64,000 nucleotides of DNA from positions 2,904,471-2,968,470 of the forward strand of contig OZ199838.1 of assembly GCA_964304625.1 (NCBI GenBank), given 5' to 3'. Position 1 is the stretch's first letter, and each line of letters starts with the position of its first letter. Position numbers and translations under genes: made by a program. Positions 54,297 through 64,000 of the stretch are shown here, one piece after another. Source of the DNA: Kudoa neothunni. Its lineage: Eukaryota > Animalia > Cnidaria. The notes under the pieces are model-generated. The model worked only from the letters and a program-made list of their open reading frames with translations, had not been told where the DNA came from and searched no databases.

Positions 54297-55083
54297 TCGA
54301 ATTATTTGAGTTTATTAGGAAGATATTACCTCAATATTTTTAAATTAATTTATCATTATAAGTTATCTTTGATATCTAAAATTTTATAATTAATGATTGA
54401 ATATATATATCTCATTCAAACAAAAATTTGTCACATTATCTTATAACTCAAAATTTGATAAGCTAATATAAAAGAATATTTATTTAATTAAACCTATTTT
54501 TTAAGGTAAAATTTTTGTATTCCTTCATGTTTAGCAAATGAGTATACAAAATTAATGAGAATGTACTGACATTCATTCGTTATAAGACTATTTATCTTTA
54601 AGTGATATAGCTTTTTGAAAAATTAATAATCTTTAATCAAACTTTTTGAAATTTCTTAACCTATTTCATTTTTTTTGATAAAATATTTAATAATATTATA
54701 TAGATCTTATCAAATGCCCATATCACCTTGGAGATAATATTGATTAGTACCTTATATCATATTTATTATCATATTTAGTTATTATAATAGTTAACGTAGT
54801 TCACGCTATACCTACGATACTGTAGAAAAGTGTGTAAAATTTTTCACGAACTATATATTTTTTCTGTGTTACTATACAAAAAATATAATTTTTCAATGTT
54901 TCGCATTTGATATTATGGAAATAATACATGTATTTTTTGTAAACGAGATAAGTTATTTTCATGACAAGATATTCAGAATATTTTGTTTATAGTTTCATCA
55001 ATCTAAAAAAATATTTTGAATATCACTCAGTTAATAAAAAACGCAAAAACATGTTAAACAAAAATATTTAATGAGCTAAAAAT

Positions 55084-55287
55084 TGTCATAATCCGAGAAT
55101 CACGATCCCTCACAATAAAGAGGGAAGTCGTTCCCGGGTGGGCGACCCGGTGGAGACCGAGGCAGTGCCCACGCTACACGGAGATATACATAGACACGAC
55201 TAAACTGGGAGGAATACCATCACTACCTTTAGTCTATTTTATTCCAGTTCTCTTTCTTTTGCGCGGCCTTAATCCCAAACTATAACA
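55084..55287. mobile_element. Solo LTR, 204 bp
   Basis: TGTCATA...TATAACA termini, 5-bp TSD AAAAT, GC-rich interior, AATAAA on both strands. Confidence 0.8.
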
Positions 55288-56320
55288 AAAATATTTTTTT
55301 ATAATAAGGGCGTCCATATTGTATTATCATTATTGAAGAATATTTCGCCAGTCGTGGGTTATTTTATAAATGAATTTTCAACGAATTATGCTTAAAGTTT
55401 TTATATAACTTAACTAATAATTCTTTTAACAATTTCAAGAATGTGTTTAATATCACGTCAACGTAATACAGTATGTAACCAATTTCACGCACTTTTTAAA
55501 CCCCCATTTAATAGGAATATTTATTAGTTATTGTTTATATAATATGTTTCTTATAATATTTCAATTAAAAAATTTTTCAATAATTTTAACAAATTCGAAG
55601 TCTTTAATTGTTCACTGATTTTTTTTTATTTGTATCTGTTAGTAATAAGTGTGTAAATGTTCAAGCTTAACTTCGTATTTTTAAAACAGAACTTTCTGAT
55701 TTATTCTATTCAAAATTTTAACGAAGATGTTTAAATTAAACTATGGCATAAATTAATGTGTTTTTTAGTTTATAAATTTTTTCGCATTCATTATTCATGA
55801 TTTAAAATATTTTATAACAATATTTGTTCTAAAATTCCAACATGAAAATTTTTAATTTATTTTATTCAATTATTTATTTATATATATATATATATATGTA
55901 TATAAGTGAATAAAAACAAAAATCTTCAATAATTATTTATTAATTAAAATTAACTTAAAAGTAGAGTAATCGTCATAAATAAAAAAAAAAGTCATAATCC
56001 GTTTATTTGAAAATCGCGCAATCCCAAAAAACCTTGGTTGAAATTTTTGAGTAAAATTACTATGAAATCTGAATTAATGTCTGGTTAAATAGCACCTCCA
56101 TCCATTTTTTGGATTCATAAGTTCGTTATTTATTCAAATTAAGTTTAAGATTGGTTAATAGAAACAACTCAATGTAGATTATTATAGTTCGTGTTCGAAA
56201 GTCAATCATGTGGACAATGGACAGGAAAATTTTGAGTAAAAACAAATTCCCTTACATCTTTTCATGAGTAATAAATACCAAAAATAAAATTTATTGGAAT
56301 GTTTAATCACAAACTAACAA

Positions 56321-57094
56321 TTACTTCATAAAATCAATATATCGATGGAGTTGACCCAATTCAACAATGTTCGTTCACACATCTACTTTTTCTATAACAC
56401 CACCACTATTAAGTCCTATTGAGACGTAACAATCATTAATAAATATTAAATTGTTGGAATAAAGACATTTTTCGGCTCCAGCAGGAAGTGTTCATGAATT
56501 GGCCGGAAATATGAATTTGAATTCCTTATTTACTGGCGATTGGTTTATAGAAGATGTTTTTAAGTTTAAAAATTGCAATAAAAAATTTATTGAATTTTGC
56601 AACGTGTTGAGTTGATTCCAGAAACGAGGGATTGTGGTCAATGTCACCAATTTATGGCATTGAAACAATTTAACATAATGAATGACCGTGTGTTTTGATC
56701 TTATCAATGAAATAAACGGGTTAAAATTAAGAATAGATCCTTTTTTATTACGCCAAATTGTCGTTATGGAGAACACTTTTCATGATGTATTCGAAATTAA
56801 CGGCATATAAATGAAACAAAAAAAATATCGTCGCGAGAAATAATATGATGATGGAAAAACTACATAAGAGAAATTTATAAAGAGTATTTCATTATTCATA
56901 GGCCCTCTATTGATGGTGTTGATGTGATTGAGAAAATAAACGAATCTCATGTTCGTAAACGAAAATTTCACCGTGGGAGTGTCCTCATAAACTAGACTAT
57001 TAGGATCATGGGCGGGATTAATTCTACTGTCAACTTTTTCCATGTCCTTGCTGAGAAACGCATCCAAGCCATCCTTTAAGAAATAATAATTCAA
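56321..57094 (-). pseudogene. Unknown coding sequence, 258 codons in one frame interrupted only by three TGA
   Basis: ORFs 56780-57094 and 56492-56776 are in frame and continue to TAA at 56321. TGA at 56780, 56492 and 56375. Confidence 0.5.
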
Positions 57095-57869
57095 AATATT
57101 AATAGAGATTAACTATGTGGACGTACAAATGACCTTCTTATCATAATTTAACCCACTTATTTAATATTTAATACTAAAGGTTTTACGAAACATAGTATCA
57201 AGTTTAAGAATGTCAAATGTGTGCATATAAATCTAATAGAGGCCATTTAATTTGCAACCAAATGCAAATTCAGATGAATCACCAATACAAAATCGGAATT
57301 TTTGTAAATAATTATTTCAAAAAAATGCCCTGTTAAAATATTTTATCAATTTTCTTTAGAATAATTAATGAAATCCATCCACATTGTCGTATTTTGGGCG
57401 TTTTATTTTAGGCCCGATTTGTCGCGACAGATGCCGAACGATGTACTTTACCGTATTTTAGTCGCATATCTCAATTAAAAAGTAATTTCTAAATATCGTT
57501 AAGGAGAATTCTAGGAAAATACTCCCCATTGTTATTTTAATTATTCTCACTATCATTATTAGTACAACCTACAATATCCATATTGAGAAGAAATTGTAAA
57601 AAATTAATAATAATAATAATAATAGTCTATTTTTTAGAATCTAGGATGTATTATTGAAATATGGCGCGGTGGTGTTAAAATCGTACATCTCTGTTGTATG
57701 CGTGCGCCGACTACGCTGGATCTCTAACTTTTGTACCTTAAACTAATGTTTTCACATTGTATTCACCAGCATAACTTATATATTTATATAGTAGAATATT
57801 CGTTTAAAATATAAAACAAACATTAGATAATGGAAAATAAAGTATACAACCAACCTACCATTTTTTATC

Positions 57870-57971
57870 ATTGCACATGCGCATTCATCAAATTTCGTTG
57901 AACCCGAAATTTCAGTATCCGAAAGAAATATGCCAATCCAAACATTTTCGGATAAACAGGGTTCGACTGTA
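57870..57971 (+). mobile_element. Right end of a Tigger-like element
   Basis: ATGCGCA subterminal motif and ...GGGTTCGACTG|TA, laid out like 36160-36261. Confidence 0.55.
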
Positions 57972-58942
57972 TACGATCTTTAAGCTGTTTATGTTCAATC
58001 AATTATGGATGTTATTACGTGTAAAACATTTTTTTATTATTTATCTCAACGATATAAAAATGATGTAAAACCTAAAAATAAACACTTAGTACCACATTTT
58101 CGCATATAAAAATGAAATTCTACGTCGTATTTTATAATTTTCTTCAATATTTTTGTGTGTTTGAATGTTTCGAGCGTTTTACACTAATATAATTAATTTA
58201 CTGAGATGTATTATCTATCAAAACGTTTACAAAAACTAGTAACAACCACAAAATATTGGAATAATGAAATCCCTATCAAAATCCTAATAATCCTCATATC
58301 AACACAGAATCACCCTCGGTTTTTAAAGGCCTAGTTTTGACGCACTTTTTTCTTCGTCCCGGGGGGATTACGTGAAGTTGGTCCCCTACTGTAGTTTCTT
58401 TGGAGAAAAATAAGAATAAATCCTAATCACGCTCAGTTTGGTAAAATTAATATCAAAATAATATTTTAACAATATTTCACAATATTTAAAGCATGGTTGC
58501 TTTTGGATATTTATAAATAATAGTGTATACAAATAAGTACAAAAAATCGATAACTTTGGACTAAAATATTGGGATCTATTGCAAGTGAGATTTAGGAGAA
58601 TATATGCGGAATGGTCCTTCGGGGTGATTCCCGACTACTTTTAGTTTCACAAATTCTTAATTTTATATTAACTACTATTTTAAATTTAAATCAAATATTG
58701 AAGTCATGAGGTATTTACAATTCAACATAATTTGGTTGTTAATTTTATGTCATTGAAGAAAAAATAGTTTTTTATTAGAGTACAAAGCATTTTATTACCA
58801 TTAGATTCATTTGTAAAATAAAGTACTATAATTATATATATATGTACTTAGTCAATGACACATTTATTTATTTATTCTGAATATAATTTTTTCGAAAACA
58901 TTCACTAAATAATATTAATAGGCATACGTTAACTAAATTGTT

Positions 58943-59883
58943 TTAAAGAGTTTCAAACTTTAAGGTCACATTGGCATTTTTGTGATTTCGTGGAAGGGTA
59001 ACGATTTCTATAAGCTCGTGCGGTTCGCCATTATAATAATATTGATTATCACTAATATATTTTTCTAAAATTATCATTATTGAAAAGTCTAAAAATATTT
59101 TTTGTAATTAATGATTATTTATTTAACCCGTAATGAAATTTTTCGAAAATACCCATACTATGGAGACCATTGAAATCTTCGCAAATTTTGCTTGTGTAAC
59201 ACATATCTTCTGCATATTTGAAAGATTCATCCCTAACCTAGAGTTATAAAAGAGTAATATTAAAAATATATTATATTTAAAAAAATGATATGGCATATAA
59301 AAAATTTAGTAGATTACTTTTTTAGTTATATAAAAATATTTGTCTGCTAATTCAATACGATAACTGTAAAGAACCAACTATTCGAATATCAAACATATTT
59401 ATAAAGTTATTTCATACAACACAAGGCAAACATGTTTGTTTTCTCTTAATAATAAGGACTAAATTTTTTGACAACTGACTAAAGCATTTTTCAAAAGCAG
59501 AAACTACTTTTGTTACCCATGCATATGGCAAATTTTTCACAAATTTGCTCTGGCTTGGGGTACTCATTGAAAAATTTTTCTACATCAGATTTAGCTCGTC
59601 TGATTATTGTTTTCTATAAAATATATATATATATATAATTTTGAAGCGGTTACTTTTATTTCGCTAAATTTGAATAAGTTGTTTCCACATAACTCGCTTA
59701 ATGCATTCATTATTTGAAAACGGGGTGTACCTGATATTTCGAACTATAATTATTTATTTTAAATAACAGAATGTATTATCTCACATGTTTTTGAGATGTG
59801 CTTCGAAAGTTAAAACAATCTAAAACAAGTAAGAATGAAATACATCAAACCTTACATAGTATAACCACAATAAGGTTAAACAT
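58943..59883 (-). CDS. Secreted saposin-like (permuted) protein, copy C, 8 exons, intact
   Basis: MFNLIVVILYCFNFRSTSQKH-FEISGTPRFQIMNALSELC...YPKPEQICEKFAIC...KQTCLPCV-LVLYSYRIELA...YAEDMCYTSKIC...LKFETL*. Confidence 0.75.
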
Positions 59884-60682
59884 TTAATTATTGATGTATT
59901 ATCTATGCGGTTAATTTGCTTAGATATTACAGTTTATATCGTAGTATAATAAGTATCTATGTTTACTAACCAAAAGATAATTGTTAATGGTTAAATCGCA
60001 GAATGAGATTAATATTATTAATAAAAATTGGGTTCAAAACATAAAATAATATCACCAAATGGTTATCTGATAAATATATTTTATTGTAGATACCAATAGA
60101 TAACCTAAATATTTATAGGTAAATATGAATTACAATTTAAACAAGAATCCAATGTTACTCCAAGTATACAAAAGAATCGACGATTCTATTATGTTTTATC
60201 GCAACAACATTATTTTTTTATTCAAAGATAAATGAAGATAATAAAGACGACATTTTAAATTCCAAGCTGATTGAGGTTTTTTAAAGTTTAAAACTACATA
60301 ATTTCATCAATCCTTTAACCCATCGGTTATTAAACATTTTACAGGTTTTGAACCCTTGTTAACGTGTTTCCTCGAAAATAAGACATGATAGCTTTTACTA
60401 TTAAAAATTGATATAACACTGGGTTGTATTTTCAAGGAAAGATTGTATGTATATTATCATATGCGTGTTAGTAAATGAGGGGAAATGGTAACGCCTAATT
60501 TTAGATAATTTTCCCACGACCAGGGATGATTGCCTAAACCCGTTTAATTATTGTATGTATAATTACATAGATTTAGTTACGATTAACTTAAATATCAATA
60601 GAATAATCTTTGTCGAAGCATTTCAATGGAAAATATCAATCTATTTTTGAATTTTCGCTCACTCTCGATCATATTTTCCCTT

Positions 60683-61556
60683 ATTTTATATTTTATCTGT
60701 CAATAATGTTCTATATTGTTATTAATTGTTTATTATTAAATCAAATCAAATGTCGATACCAAGATTCCAAAACGCTTGAAAGGTTAGAAGAGTTTGAGGA
60801 CACCAAATAAATTGTTAAAATAGTTATATTTGTTTTTGCCTAAGGAGGTCTATGTAAATTCACAAGATGTAAACATTTTTAGAAAAACACAGATTACATC
60901 AGTTTTAGAATGCATATACAGTCACCAAATTATTCCTTTACGACAACAATTCTTAATTTCAAATTACGCATTTTATTTAATATCATCATAAGACATTTTA
61001 CTTTGAAGCATCTTTAACCTTTGAATAATGAATCTACATCGTAAATAATTTGGTTACACCACAATCTTTATAAGGGAAATGCAACATCTCCTGAAAACAC
61101 GGCTTTAATAGCTTTATCTGTCTTAAAATCACTCCAAACGACATATATAACATTCTCACGGCATTCTATTGTAGCGGATGAGGATCGAACCTGAGATCCT
61201 CGAGCTGAAAGTGGCGGGGCCTTACCACTTAGACTACGGGCCATAGCGCACTTGAAGTTAGACGCAACTCTATTTATGTGGATGTGCCACAGTATTATAA
61301 GTAAAACCTAAATAACTAATTTTACTAATTATTTTCAAACCTTTATAAAAATACTAGCGTGCCTATCAAACTAAAAATACATTTTCCACAAAAATATTAT
61401 AAACTAAAATTATAATTACTCCAAAAATTTATTTGGTGTCCTCAAACTCTACTAACCTTTCGAGCGTTTTGGAATCTTGGTATCGACATTTGGTTTGATT
61501 TAATAATAAACAATTAATAACAATATAGAACATTATTGACAGATAAAATATAAAAT
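60683..61556. repeat. 131-bp inverted repeat pair (60683-60813 and 61426-61556)
   Basis: The arms are reverse complements with three mismatches by eye. Confidence 0.9.
61170..61243 (-). pseudogene. tRNA-like sequence (Glu-TTC-like pseudogene or SINE head)
   Basis: A box TAGTCTAAGTGGT, loop CTTTCAG, B box GGTTCGATCC. Acceptor and anticodon stems do not pair. Confidence 0.6.
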
Positions 61557-64000
61557 TGGCACTGGCTATTACCACGGGAATCAATTTCTCTGCAATTATT
61601 ATCTCTATTAAATAACTAATTTCATTTTATTATTTATAATTTTTTCTATTAAATTAAACAATTAGATAACAATTGCGAACATCTTTTTTTACATATTTAT
61701 ATTGTTTATTTGATTGATTATTTTCCTTATTTGGTTAAAATGTAGAATAGTGGCCGTAATACAAATCAGCGACCACGATAAAAATCTAACCTGTTGATTA
61801 TTCTAATTTTTTATATTTATCATTTAACCACCCCCTTGATTGTAAATCCAACACTATGAGGTTTCTATTAGAAAAAGCACCTGTATGTGCGTTGTAATTA
61901 TGTATTCTCTGCCACCAACACAGACAAAAAGACGATGTTGTTTTGTGTTTCGAAAGACTGCAATAATCCGTCACCAAATTTATCCATCTGCTCTAAATAT
62001 AAAATGTTTGGTGATTTTTCACTCGAAATAAAATTCCCCAAAGTGTTATTGGTTGTGGTATTTTTCACAATTTTGAAAATATACACGACGACAGTTCATT
62101 ATTCCCTTCTCGGCATTTATAACCTTTGAAATTTCTCGAAATAAAATTTCATTTCGATGCATTAAAAATTTACAATAATAATTAACGAAAATTTCCAGTA
62201 CATAATACAATGCAAAATTATATTAACCCCAAAGAAGCCTTTATTGACGATGTAACATCGAAATATATCAGAAACATTTTCGAAATATGTAGATTTACGC
62301 ATATATTTATAATCAATTCGTGGCAAAAAAAAACTATATTCGAAAATTTACCACAATGAATCTATTTTTAATCATAAATTATATTCAATTGACTTACCAA
62401 GTTAGGTCGCTTGTATATGATTATAGTTACATACTTTTACACATATACAAGCACAACAGCAGATTTTAGGTTTAAATTACACATATATAGAAAAGTTAAT
62501 ATTTATTCACGGCTGATTCTAAACGTTAATAAGAATATCTTAATGTTTACCCTAAGATTATTTCCCTTAACTTGACGGCGCTTGAAGAGTTTTTGAAGTG
62601 TCCGCAGCAGTTCAAACGACACTTTCAGATTATTATATTTATTTTAGTAACTTTTGTAATTACGATTCAAATCAATTTTAAAAATTAGATTTATCCTTCT
62701 TAGTCGATTATAAACTATCGTTGTTGTTTTAAAAATTGTTAATAACAATGAGTACTATTGATCATTAATATTTAAGAAAAATAAAGCAAATCTATTCACT
62801 AGTTTTTATGAGCTATAAAGTATCTCTACATAAATGAAAAATATTGAACTAAATATCTAAGAAAGGTGGCAACTGATTTTAACTTAAAAGTAAAAAACAA
62901 ACGTCAAAGGGTGGTATCAATTAACATAATTAAATAATGTAGTAGGAAGATGGGAAGTATTACCTTAAAAGCCCATAAAATTTAGTGGAATCTTTATAAC
63001 ACGTATCGACCACTTTGGAGACCCCTGTCCTAATGTATAAATATTAATATGGGTGTGAAGAGGTTCTCAAATTATTTTGGTAAACTAGCCGCATAAAAGT
63101 TTCTCTTAGTGTAAGCATTCACAATTGATTTTATCGCTCTGTCTAAACCATACACATATATATATATATATATATATGCGTTACCGAAATGACTATAGAA
63201 GCTGCAGAATTCAGTTTGTATGGGTGGTATTTTCTCTGATCGGATGACGCACTCATAATTAAACAATTTTTTCGTAATCTATTTAGTTCTTGATTAATCT
63301 CAAAATATGTTATTCTCGAATTAACGTTGTGTACATAGAATATGCCTCTTCATAATAGAACTACATAACCATTTCACTGTTGTTCATTGTGTCATATTCT
63401 TGAGGTGATGTTTTTGCATGTTCTTGTTATAAATTAAAAGTTTAGCGCCAATATAATATTTATGTTTAGATGAATTATTATTTTGGTTTAATATATTAAT
63501 ATTTTGATAACAATTCCATAATTTAACTTTGGAATACACAATTTTTGGGTCAAACTCGTTGCATTTGCACATAAAGTTTAAACACAAATCATATAATTAA
63601 TAAAATTGAGGATTAGAATTACATTAATAAGATTAGAAACAACTTGAAGATGTGTAGAACTATCGGACTCATAATATTTCTAGAAATAGTTGCTCCAGCT
63701 GGAGTTCTTACCACCCCTGAGAACAGAGATGAATATCAGGTATATTTTTGAATTTTCTTATCTAAAATATTATATAGTCTGGACTAGCTATAATGTTCAA
63801 TTTCGGTGAGTTATATATTTTACCGTATCATTTTCGGTATGTCGAAGCATACCAGGTTATTTCTTTTAAAAGTTTCAGAACACGAAAATGCAGATGTAAA
63901 ACCAGATTGTATCTAATTTCTTTAAGATATTGTTCTAGTGACTAAGTTCGTCAATATGGAGGAACATATCAAAACCATCAAATGGTGCATAAAAAATGAA

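Noticed and set aside
61170-61243. Functional tRNA or tRNA-Sec
   Set aside because: Acceptor and anticodon stems do not pair and there is no long variable arm.
61800-64000. Exon-like minus-strand segments with Cys residues
   Set aside because: No consistent gene model or family could be built.
1-64000. CRISPR arrays or prokaryotic operons
   Set aside because: No regularly spaced direct repeats; the genes are spliceosomal and eukaryotic.

Overview
Very AT-rich eukaryotic DNA with many tiny (about 35-75 nt) GT-AG introns and highly diverged proteins. An integrin beta gene makes it metazoan; the compaction and divergence suggest a reduced parasite such as a myxozoan (inference only). Host genes rebuilt by hand-splicing: a short NEPRO/Rmp1 RNase MRP subunit, SUCLA2 followed 54 nt later by VPS72, an atypical integrin beta, OGFOD1, a box C/D snoRNA of the U43/snR70 family, and a three-copy family of secreted proteins that look like stand-alone circularly permuted saposins (swaposins). 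Much of the rest is transposon-derived: Tc1 DD34E, intron-containing pogo/Tigger, hAT, piggyBac, Merlin, a near-intact Mag-type gypsy LTR element nested in a Tigger, a piggyBac nested in a hAT, a solo LTR and MITEs. The most interesting candidates are the swaposin-like family (51.2-59.9 kb) and the integrin beta lacking MIDAS and NPxY motifs. All homology calls come from recalled motifs, not database searches.
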